Shown here piece by piece: positions 55,478-64,000 of a stretch of DNA of 64,000 nt. The DNA comes from Hormiphora californensis (taxonomy: Eukaryota; Animalia; Ctenophora): positions 3,038,001 to 3,102,000 of the forward strand of contig CM035351.1 in assembly GCA_020137815.1 (NCBI GenBank), written 5' to 3'. Positions within the stretch are counted from its first letter, which is position 1; the number at the start of each line of letters is the position of its first letter. The notes beneath the pieces were generated by a model, which saw only the letters and a list, made by a program, of their open reading frames with translations, did not search any database and was not told the DNA's origin. The position numbers and the translations under genes are program-made.

Positions 55478-58420
55478 TCATTGGTTGTATGCTCTAAAGA
55501 ACAAGTGCGTCTTCAGGGATGTTTTAAAAGTAGTAAGGGATTCTGAGTCCCGGATTGATCGTGGTAGCTGATTCCATAATTTAGGTGCAGCAATACTGAA
55601 AGCGCCTCTAGTGTTCTCGTAGTGGTACTCACTCCTCCGCACCTCTTTCAGAGCGGTGACGTCATTATCCACTCGGAGTGATTTCACTTTCTGGGGCCGC
55701 TTCACTAACATCTCAGACATGTATGGAGGGGATTGATCATGAAGAGTCTTGTATACCATCAAGCAAACTTTGTACTCTATTCGCTGTTTCACAGGCAAGA
55801 AGTGTGATTTCATACGAAGTTTTGTTACACCGCGTTTTCCTCTTTTCCCATAAATATATCGTGTCGCACTGTTCTGAACTTTCTGTAGACGTTTCAGGTC
55901 AGAATCCTTTAATGAAACCAAAAGAGAGTTGCAATAATCGATACGGCTATGAATAAGGGTTGAAACCAGCTTAGTTTTCTGTGCCTTACTCAATTTTCCG
56001 GCTATTCTCCACATCTGTACCAGTTGTAGATTGCAAGCTTTGACAACTTTAGTAACGTGATCGGCCATTGATAATGTGCTGTCAAACATTACGCCCAAGT
56101 TTCTCGCTCTTGGGGCGACTTCTGTTTCGCCATCTTCTGGATTGATCAATATGTTCTCAATATCAGGTGATTTACTCCATTTGTTTTTCAGGATGAGAAC
56201 TTCCGTTTTCTCTGGGTTGAGCTTCAGCATACTATGAGCCATCCACAATTTTATGTGTGCCATGCATTTCTGTAGTCTTTCGGTCACCTCACCGATTGAT
56301 TCTGGTGAGAATGAAACATATATCTGACTATCATCAGCATACATATGTATGGTTAGGTCGTATAATGCAGCAATCTTTTCCAGGTCCTTCATATATAGGA
56401 TAAACAACAACGGGCCAAGAATAGACCCTTGGGGCACTCCGATTTCAATAGGTTTCGAACTGGACTCCGTCGATCCGATCTTAACCTTCGCAAAGCGTCC
56501 TGACAGGTAGGATTTGATCCATTTCAGAACACTACCTCCAATTCGATATTCATTCTCAAGTCGCCGTAACAGTTCTGAATGCGAGATGGTGTCGAACGCG
56601 GCCGAGAGGTCCAATAACACAAGAATCACCTGAGATTTGCTGTCAATCTGCAAGAGGATGTCATTGACAATTTTCACGGTCGCCGTTTCGCAAGAATGTT
56701 TCGTTCTATAGGCGGACTGGAATTTAGCGAAAAGATCATGTTTTTCAAGATGGTCAATTAGCTGCTCAGCTACACATTTCTCTACTACCTTTGATAAAAA
56801 TGATAAGTTGGAAATAGGTCTGTAGCTTTTCAATTGATCCGGATCCAATGACGCATTTTTGTGAGCAGGTCTTATTACAGCTGTTTTCAAGTTATCAGGC
56901 ATTTCTCCTTGGGACAGACTGGAGTTGACGATCTTCGAGATTATTGGTAGGAGATGAGGTAAGGCACCTGTGAGTAGAGAGGTCGGTATAGGGTCAAGGG
57001 AACAATGTTTTTGGTTCATTCTTCGGATGGTAGATACAAGTTGTTCATCCGATACCGGTTTAAACGATGCAAGGACAGGCACTGATGTTGGTGTTCTCGT
57101 ATCGGGCAAGTTAGGCAAGGTTTCTGAGAAGGATGGATCATTTCGAATATCTTGATAAATCTTTTCAACTTTGGAGTGAAAGAACTCACTCAGTAAATCC
57201 GGAAGTTTAGCAGGATCAGGCACTGTTGGGAGTGCTTTCGGGGTTTTATCTTTACCCAGCAGGTAGTTCATCACCTGATAGGTAGCAGATGGATTGCCCT
57301 CAGCAGCCTGAAGTCTGCGTCTGAAAAACTCTCGTCTAGCCCGTCGAAACACTGACCTTGCGTATCTCACTTCTCTTACAAACTCCCTTTCCGCTAGATC
57401 AAGTTCTTCATAAGTAACTCGATTGGGCTTCTTTAGCTTCTTCTTGTAAAGCCGTCGATACCTGCGCTCAGCCCCACGCCTGCTCTTCAGTGCTGTATAG
57501 CAGTCAACATCAAACCACCGAGGTTTGTCACCGATCAAAAGTGTTTTCTCTTCAAGAGGTGCAAGCTCGTCTAGAATGTCTAATAAGAGTTCATCATACA
57601 TCTCAACGCACTCAGTAAGAGATCGCCCAGGAAAATTGGGGCCCTTCAGCTCAGATTTCTGGATCATTTCAGTTATAGCTTCCACCGTCACTCTTCGCAT
57701 GCATCTAGATACAACAGTCTTTTTCTGAGGAAGACGGTTTGATGAGCCACAGTGAACGTTGAATGACACCAGAAAATGATCAGGGACTTCTGGGGTAGGT
57801 AAAACATCGACATCACTCAAGAGGTAATCATCATTTGTGAGAACCAAATCAAGCCAACCTCCATTTATGTGTGTTGGCTGGTCGATCTTCTGTTGCCAGT
57901 TATGGTCTCCAACTATCTGCATGAAGTTATCAGAAAAAGAGCAGCTGGGGTTCTCAATGTGAATGTTGAAATCACCTGTTAATACTAGATGGCCTGACTT
58001 GGTCGTGAAGTCAGACAAGAAATCTCCAAATTCGTCCAAGAAAGCAGTCTGTTTAGACGCATCCGGTGGGCGATAAACAACAGCGGCTCTAGTGAGCTCT
58101 ACTCCTCGCCCCTCCACCGTCACCTCTAAACACTCAAAAGATGAAAATTGTCTGTTAGTTTTGCACCGCTTCACCGTCAAACCATTCCTAGAGATAACCG
58201 CTACACCCCCACCTCTGGATCCTCTCGAGAGGTTGATTAGTTGATAATCAAACTCAGAAATTTGTCTGCTAATGGAGTGTTCTTCTTCATGGAGCCAGCT
58301 CTCAGTAATGCACATAACATCGACACAGTTCTCAGAGACTAACATCATGACCTCCTCAAGTTTATTCCGGATAGAAAAGCAGTTCAAGGTTGCAAATCTG
58401 AGATAAGGAGCCTCTAACAT
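55478..58420 (-). CDS. LINE ORF2: APE endonuclease + reverse transcriptase
   Basis: 980 aa; ITESWL, GDFNIH and PDH (APE); YRPISNL, LLDLSAAFDTI, GVPQGSILGPLLF and YADD (RT); C-terminal AFSIAAPKLWNQLP..FKTSLKTHLF typical of the L2/CR1 group. Confidence 0.97.
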   Translation of the reverse strand: MLEAPYLRFATLNCFSIRNKLEEVMMLVSENCVDVMCITESWLHEEEHSISRQISEFDYQLINLSRGSRGGGVAVISRNGLTVKRCKTNRQFSSFECLEVTVEGRGVELTRAAVVYRPPDASKQTAFLDEFGDFLSDFTTKSGHLVLTGDFNIHIENPSCSFSDNFMQIVGDHNWQQKIDQPTHINGGWLDLVLTNDDYLLSDVDVLPTPEVPDHFLVSFNVHCGSSNRLPQKKTVVSRCMRRVTVEAITEMIQKSELKGPNFPGRSLTECVEMYDELLLDILDELAPLEEKTLLIGDKPRWFDVDCYTALKSRRGAERRYRRLYKKKLKKPNRVTYEELDLAEREFVREVRYARSVFRRARREFFRRRLQAAEGNPSATYQVMNYLLGKDKTPKALPTVPDPAKLPDLLSEFFHSKVEKIYQDIRNDPSFSETLPNLPDTRTPTSVPVLASFKPVSDEQLVSTIRRMNQKHCSLDPIPTSLLTGALPHLLPIISKIVNSSLSQGEMPDNLKTAVIRPAHKNASLDPDQLKSYRPISNLSFLSKVVEKCVAEQLIDHLEKHDLFAKFQSAYRTKHSCETATVKIVNDILLQIDSKSQVILVLLDLSAAFDTISHSELLRRLENEYRIGGSVLKWIKSYLSGRFAKVKIGSTESSSKPIEIGVPQGSILGPLLFILYMKDLEKIAALYDLTIHMYADDSQIYVSFSPESIGEVTERLQKCMAHIKLWMAHSMLKLNPEKTEVLILKNKWSKSPDIENILINPEDGETEVAPRARNLGVMFDSTLSMADHVTKVVKACNLQLVQMWRIAGKLSKAQKTKLVSTLIHSRIDYCNSLLVSLKDSDLKRLQKVQNSATRYIYGKRGKRGVTKLRMKSHFLPVKQRIEYKVCLMVYKTLHDQSPPYMSEMLVKRPQKVKSLRVDNDVTALKEVRRSEYHYENTRGAFSIAAPKLWNQLPRSIRDSESLTTFKTSLKTHLFFRAYNQ

Positions 58421-58422
58421 CT

Positions 58423-59721
58423 CTAGTTTTTTGCCATCCCATTAATTATGCTGAGGCGCACTGGGCATTTGTGATCACCACTGAAATGGGTTATCGCATT
58501 AGCTTTATGTTCAGCAGAATGGTTACAATTAACACAGAGTTTTGTATGGGGAGCGTCACATTTCTTCACATCGTGGTCACCGCCACATCTCTTACATACC
58601 GAGACATCACTTGTACAGTCCTTGCTAACATGATTGTACCCCTGGCACTTGTAACATTGCTGGACATAGAAGCGCTCCTGAACATTCAGCCTCGATCTGC
58701 CGTAATACAACTTGCCTTCCTGCAGCAAACGTTTCTGCATCTCTACTGGAAGCCTAAGACCAACATTGCACAGCTGCTTGTTTTTGAAGTGGCTCTTAAC
58801 GTCAACGACAGTAGTGTTATCAGAGCTGAGCCATGGGTTTTTGGATAGAAGATTGTGCAGGACCAATTTGTTGAGAGCCTCTTTCCCTACTCCCTCAATT
58901 TCCAGAGGCACGCTAAGAACGGTCACTTTTGCAGTTAGGGTAACTGGAGCAACAGTAACCTCATCAGGAGTCTTTTCGTCAATAATATCACTTACAGACT
59001 TCAAGTCCGTTGAGCTCGGAAATCCAATAACGATTTGATCCTCACCTTTGCAGTCAAGGAAGTTCAGAGGGGTCGACACCAATACCCTGTCAAGGGTCTT
59101 AGCTATTTCGGAAGCATCTTTGTTGGGACATTGTACCTTCAGTTTCAGAGATGGGGCCGATTTAAGAGCGGGACGCGGTGGTGGGATGATGGGGAGCGGA
59201 TCAGCTGTGGGGGCAGCTGGTTTATCAATCAAGGATGCATAGGTGGTTGAAGATTTGGGGGTGGTAACGAATTGGGAAGTGGAGGTTTTGATAGGAGTTG
59301 CCATAGAGTCCTGGAGGATCTCTAGGGAGGGAGAAGCAGATGACGGGTTTGATGGAGAAGGTGATCTATTGGGGAAGAAGGACTGGAGTACCGCAAGAAT
59401 CTTAGACTCAATTTGATCATTCAATTGGTTCACCTTACCGTCCATTTCCTTAGAGAGGTCATCAAAACGTGCCTCGAAATGAGGAGCTAGTTTAGCTGTC
59501 AAGGAATTGATTAACACCTGGTTTCCCTCATCAATGTCCCGCAATACTAGACACTGAGTACACCACCAGTCATTAAAATTCTTCGGGAGCGTATTACCAG
59601 TATAGTTGGCAAAAAAGGGATTGGCACAGGTCTTGTGAAAGTGACTCTTACAGTTAGCACACTGTACACGAACTCCCTTTGGATCAGTTTCCTCGCCGCA
59701 CTTGCAGATATCGGAAGCCAT
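58423..59721 (-). CDS. LINE ORF1: PHD finger, coiled coil, CCHC zinc knuckles
   Basis: CKCG..VQCANCKSHFHKTC..WWCTQC (PHD); CYKCQGYNHVSKDC, CKRCGGDHDVKKC and CVNC..H..CP knuckles; the ORF is open upstream to 59808. Confidence 0.92.
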   Translation of the reverse strand: MASDICKCGEETDPKGVRVQCANCKSHFHKTCANPFFANYTGNTLPKNFNDWWCTQCLVLRDIDEGNQVLINSLTAKLAPHFEARFDDLSKEMDGKVNQLNDQIESKILAVLQSFFPNRSPSPSNPSSASPSLEILQDSMATPIKTSTSQFVTTPKSSTTYASLIDKPAAPTADPLPIIPPPRPALKSAPSLKLKVQCPNKDASEIAKTLDRVLVSTPLNFLDCKGEDQIVIGFPSSTDLKSVSDIIDEKTPDEVTVAPVTLTAKVTVLSVPLEIEGVGKEALNKLVLHNLLSKNPWLSSDNTTVVDVKSHFKNKQLCNVGLRLPVEMQKRLLQEGKLYYGRSRLNVQERFYVQQCYKCQGYNHVSKDCTSDVSVCKRCGGDHDVKKCDAPHTKLCVNCNHSAEHKANAITHFSGDHKCPVRLSIINGMAKN

Positions 59722-60163
59722 AGCTTTTCTGTTATCACCACAGTAGGTAGAAAGTTGCCTGCCCTCCTGGGCGATCACTGTGACATCACTGTGACACTGT
59801 GACATCACTGTGATATCAAGGCTTGGTAACCAAGCTGAATTAAGTTTGATTACTAGGGTACGCTAAAAAGAGGTTGATTCAGGGGAGTGCCCGGCCAGCA
59901 GGCAGCAGCCTGGTCCTAACGCTCAACGGTGTGTAGCGCGGGATAAGGCAGCGCTTTTCAAGTCTTGGATAAACTTTGGCAAACGTTGCTGGCCCCCGCG
60001 CAGCGCGGGATAAGGCAGCGCTTTTCAAGGATAAACTTGACTTTTTTGAGAAACGTATTAAAAAAAAAAAGCTGATGAGTTCGTGAATCCAAAAAGTGCT
60101 GCGCGCTGCGCGTTTTTGTAACGCGCAAATCACAAAACTGTGCCGCGCAGCAGCCTGGTCCTA

Positions 60164-60384
60164 AAGTCGGATTTTTTGAAACTGTCACCCCCCTGAAATA
60201 ACAAATTTGTCATATCTCCGGTTCCTGATAAGATAGAGACTTGAAATTTGGAGGTTCAGAAGAACTTAGCAAGATCTTTATAACCTCCAAATTTCAAGTC
60301 TCTATCTCATCAGGAACCGGACTTATGGTCATTTAAAGAAATTTGAAAACTCAGGGGGGGTGACAGTTTCAAAAAATCCGACTT
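60164..60384. mobile_element. MITE-A (TA TSD)
   Basis: TIR aagtcggattttttgaaactgtcacccccctga; the empty site is visible in the adjacent repeat copy. Confidence 0.9.
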
Positions 60385-60403
60385 TAACGCTCAACGGTGT
60401 GTA

Positions 60404-60555
60404 AAGTCCATTTTTTTTCAACTGTTCACCCCCCAGAGTCGTGCGCGGAATTGTTTTGCGCGTTTATCACATGTTAACGTGTAGCGCGCGCAGCGTAAAT
60501 TAAAATATCGCACGCGCATGAGTTGAGGGGTGAACAGTTGAATAAAAATGGACTT
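60404..60555. mobile_element. MITE-B (TA TSD)
   Basis: TIR aagtccattttt..ttcaactgttcacccc; the empty site is visible in the adjacent copy; second copy at ~11203-11355. Confidence 0.88.
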
Positions 60556-61153
60556 TAGCGCGGGATAAGGCAGCGCTTTTCAAGTCTTGGATAAACTTTG
60601 GCAAACGTTGCTGGCCCCCGCGCAGCGCGGGATAAGGCAGCGCTTTTCAAGGATAAACTTGACTTTTTTGAGAAACGTATTAAAAAAAAAAAGCTGATGA
60701 GTTCGTGAATCCAAAAAGTGCTGCGCGCTGCGCGTTTTTGTAACGCGCAAATCACAAAACTGTGCCGCGCGTCCAAAATGCCTCTGCATCTGGCCAGGTT
60801 TTTTGCCCACCCAAACGGCAAACGTTAAAATCTGTTTGGAGTGTCAGCAATCAAGGTTTTTTAGGGTTAGGGCTAAAGTAGGGTTATGGTCAGGGCTGGG
60901 GTTTGGGTTGGGGTTAGGGCTTATCATTTCCTATCAGATAAACTTTGGATTAGCAAAAACGGTTGATTAGTTTGGTGGTTAGAGCAATTTTAGTGGAGGG
61001 TACTTTTTGCCAGGGCACACCTGTAAACATGTCACTGATGTCAGCAAAGTGCAAACACCCAGATCGTAACGGCGCCCCGCCCTAACATACTTTTCCGCTA
61101 AAGAATTACTAAAAAACATTATAAAAGTGTTCTGTTTTAGCCATTCTGGACCA

Positions 61154-62035
61154 ATGCCGCTAATCTGGAACGATGTCACTGTTTCAACCTTAGAGGAGTT
61201 GCAATCGATTGAAAGTGTCTCAGAGTCCTGTAGGAATTTTATATCGAAACCTCCAAAAGACATCACATCACACTGTCTCTATGTCTGCCAAGCGGAATAC
61301 TCTGCCATACCATTCAATACATCCTTACATTGGATCGGCACTGCAGGCGCAACGACATGTCACATCCTAGCGATATATGATTCACAATCAGTTGCACTTG
61401 GTCACATAGACTCTGAAACTGTTGTCGGTGATACTATTTCTAGCATGGAGGAATTACTAGACGCAGATGACAGGATCAGGCATGTCTGCGTTGTGGGAGG
61501 AGTGGTCGAGGCTAAGGGTCACTCTCTCCCAATTTCGGAAAATCTCTTTGATACCCTGTCATCTAGATCTGAAAGGTACATCATTGATGTTTGGTGTACG
61601 CTAGAGCATAATTCATACGTCCATTCTGATGGTAAAACGAAAGCGAGAGTTACTGATGCAGTGTTTGATGTACAACAAAAAGAACTGATTCCGGCAAAGT
61701 TCCAGAGTCGTGGTCCAGAATTACCGCTTCGATCGACCCGATATTACAAAACAGGGGCATATTTCAACCCATATGACCTCACTACTGGCACAATAACGTT
61801 CCCCTACTTCGAATTCTCTTCTAACCCAGGAATGATGGGAGCTGTAAATTTACCTGATGATTTCATTTTAGCAAACTGTTCCACATCTCCTGACTGCGAG
61901 CCGGACTTCTTTTCTCAGGACATGAGGGATCTGTTTTTGTTTCAGGCCACTCAGACAAGTCAGAGAGTATTTGGACAGGAAAAGCGGCCTATTGTTTACA
62001 TACTGGACAGTGAGGGACAGTGGCAGCGGAGATGA
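61154..62035 (+). CDS. NTAN1: Protein N-terminal asparagine amidohydrolase; CDS has no introns
   Basis: MPLI start, LYVCQAEY, GATTCHI (catalytic Cys), LGHIDS, RGPELPLRS and CSTSPDCEPDFF match NTAN1 motifs. Confidence 0.88.
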   Translation: MPLIWNDVTVSTLEELQSIESVSESCRNFISKPPKDITSHCLYVCQAEYSAIPFNTSLHWIGTAGATTCHILAIYDSQSVALGHIDSETVVGDTISSMEELLDADDRIRHVCVVGGVVEAKGHSLPISENLFDTLSSRSERYIIDVWCTLEHNSYVHSDGKTKARVTDAVFDVQQKELIPAKFQSRGPELPLRSTRYYKTGAYFNPYDLTTGTITFPYFEFSSNPGMMGAVNLPDDFILANCSTSPDCEPDFFSQDMRDLFLFQATQTSQRVFGQEKRPIVYILDSEGQWQRR

Positions 62036-62957
62036 GTGAGTGAGTGAACTCCACCTGTGATCATGAGACAGTGGCAGTGGAGTGAACTCCACCTGTGATC
62101 ATGAGACAGTGGGTTGTTTTATAGAACTGTTCTCCGGTAGAATAACAGTATGTGTATTTGTAGGATGGTTTGTAGGGAAGTAGTCCTGAATCAGTGGATA
62201 AAATGGGCACGTGTGCAAGCTGGGCATCATATCACATTTTCTATTCGTGCATTGCCCAAACTATTCTTGGATACCTTTTTGACTATACTGTGGTTGGTCC
62301 CCTTTGTGCACACTGCATATTCTCAGCAGCACACCACTCAGTAGTTCAAAGTTGCGGGTAGGAAGTATTACTTCTGGAGCTGGCGTGATTCAGCCCTCTC
62401 CCTTATTAGGAGTTATCCGATACCCCCTTATTAGGAGACGTGTCTTCCGGTCACCTTTCTATTTTCTAAGTTCTCTCTCTCTCTGCAGTTCACTCACGCA
62501 GTCTCTCTTTCTCTATAGTCTCCATCTCTCACTCTCTCTCTCTCTCTCTCTCTCTCTTGAGGGTAGGGGCGCCACGCGTGATATTTGTTTAGCCATATTA
62601 GGCGAGAGATTCTGATACCCCATATTAGGGAAAGGGGAACCCCCTTTGTCCTTTCTCTCTCTCACGCTCTACTGTATCTCTGATCTTATTCAACAATATC
62701 TCTGCAAGTCCTATTTTTCTGCAAATTTTGCAGGATTGCCTCGCCCTTTTTGTTAGAGCGCTTTATTTGTTGTAAGACGTATGAATCATTAATTTTTTTA
62801 CACATTTTTGATTTTACACCCTCTTGTTTTCCTCACATTGACCCCAACACGGCTAATCTAGTATCCCCCTTGTTGTTGTAACCACTAACCCTCTCCCCTT
62901 TTATAATAGTTCCATGGTGAATCGTCCCTTCTCAGTTACTACTCTTAATACCACATC

Positions 62958-63112
62958 ATGGCACCCCACAAGACTACCGATATCACCCTTCCAGCAGCCC
63001 GTGCCATCTCCGCAAAGGTGAAAATGGCAATCCGAAACTGCGACTGTGTCTGCTTTGATGTCGACAGGTACTGCTTGAATACTGAGTGTGACAAATGTTC
63101 TGAGAACATTGT

Positions 63113-63188
<76 letters not shown>

Positions 63189-63839
63189 TCTCTCTTTGTT
63201 CCCACTAAAATGTATAGATTATTTAACATATTTTCCCAGTACGATGTTGAAGGTAGAAGGTATTGACGAACTGGCGAGGAAAGCCAAGAAGGGAGACCAG
63301 GTCAGGGAACTAACAAGGAAAGCAATGGGAGGGAACATGTCGTTTAGAGAATCCCTCACAAAGCGACTCAATATCATTCAACCCACCCGGAAACTGGTAC
63401 GTGTTGTTGGGAAGGTGGTGTGTTGGGGAAACTAGTGCGTTATTATATTGGGATTTAGGTGGCATAGGGAGCTGTTTTAGTTTTTATACTCACAAGATTT
63501 AATTCCTGCAGGTGGAAGAGGTAGTGGACGATTCTAAAGATATCATTACTCCTGGATTCATGTAAGTTTAGCTTTCCTGGGGTCTACAAGTTGACGTCCG
63601 ACATCCTCCGTATCTTGGATAATGAATAAGAATCAAACAAATACTGAGAATATTTGCGTTTCTACGCTCTAACTAACCCCTCCTCTCCTCTAGAGATCTA
63701 GTGGCCCAGCTCCGAGCTAACGACTGCCAAGTTTTCCTTGTATCAGGGGGATTCACCCATCTTATAGAACCTGAGGCAGCCAAATGTGGAATTACCCCTG
63801 ATCATATCATTGCCAATCAACTTCTATTTGATGACAATG
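62958..63839 (+). CDS. PSPH: Phosphoserine phosphatase (HAD family); exons ~62958-63067, 63240-63396, 63512-63560 and 63694-63839; continues beyond the window
   Basis: CFDVD|ST..EGIDELA..TRKAMGGNMSFRESLTKRLNIIQP..VFLVSGGF..ANQLLFD. Confidence 0.92.
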
Positions 63840-64000
63840 GTGCGTGTGTTATAATGATACGACGACGTAAAACACGGTTTTACTTACCATGATCATTGAT
63901 TAAATAACATTTTATCCCACATAACTTGAGTCGCCCTGTCTGGCGCCGCCGACACCATCTGAGCGCACTGAGAATCAAATTGGGTATGGCGCCGCCATAC

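Larger units (their letters stand above)
54260..59830 (-). mobile_element. Apparently full-length CR1/L2-group LINE with two intact ORFs
   Basis: ORF1 and ORF2 separated by 2 nt; long 3' UTR; 3' tail of short tandem repeats (cttgaaa/cttgtaa) at ~54260-54325; no TSD found; 5' boundary approximate. Confidence 0.9.
59903..60768. repeat. Tandem ~245-bp GC-rich unit; the second copy is interrupted by two MITEs
   Basis: 59903-60147 is repeated as 60148-60768 once the two insertions are removed. Confidence 0.85.

Noticed and set aside
54483-55481. Long repetitive ORFs downstream of LINE ORF2
   Set aside because: Stop-free minisatellite that is open in several frames; no evidence of coding function.

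Overview
Eukaryotic (animal) genomic DNA with GT-AG introns, long (GA)n tracts and many small transposons. It is most likely a cydippid ctenophore (Pleurobrachia-like); this is inferred from a ~109-bp repeat I recall from Pleurobrachia gene models and is not verified. Gene order: two long-chain acyl-CoA synthetase paralogues (-) flanking spartin (-); NUDT2-like Ap4A hydrolase (-); a PARP4/vault-PARP gene (+; BRCT-PARP-VIT-vWA-long exon-C-terminal domain); folliculin (+); an EF-hand/WD40 WDR49-like gene (-); an FBXL2/20-like F-box/LRR gene (-); an apparently intact two-ORF CR1/L2-group LINE (-); NTAN1 (+); and phosphoserine phosphatase (+, runs off the window). Two small orphan genes are nested in introns. 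The most unusual feature is that the largest PARP4 exon encodes, in frame, two tandem copies of the actin N-terminal ~65 residues (including the D-loop), followed by polyproline tracts. Also notable: recurrent tandem amplification of splice-junction sequences, several long foldback elements, Helitron-type elements, and a 9-bp-TSD MITE carrying GTCACGTGAC plus two CCAAT boxes. Exon boundaries were read by eye and may be off by a few bases.
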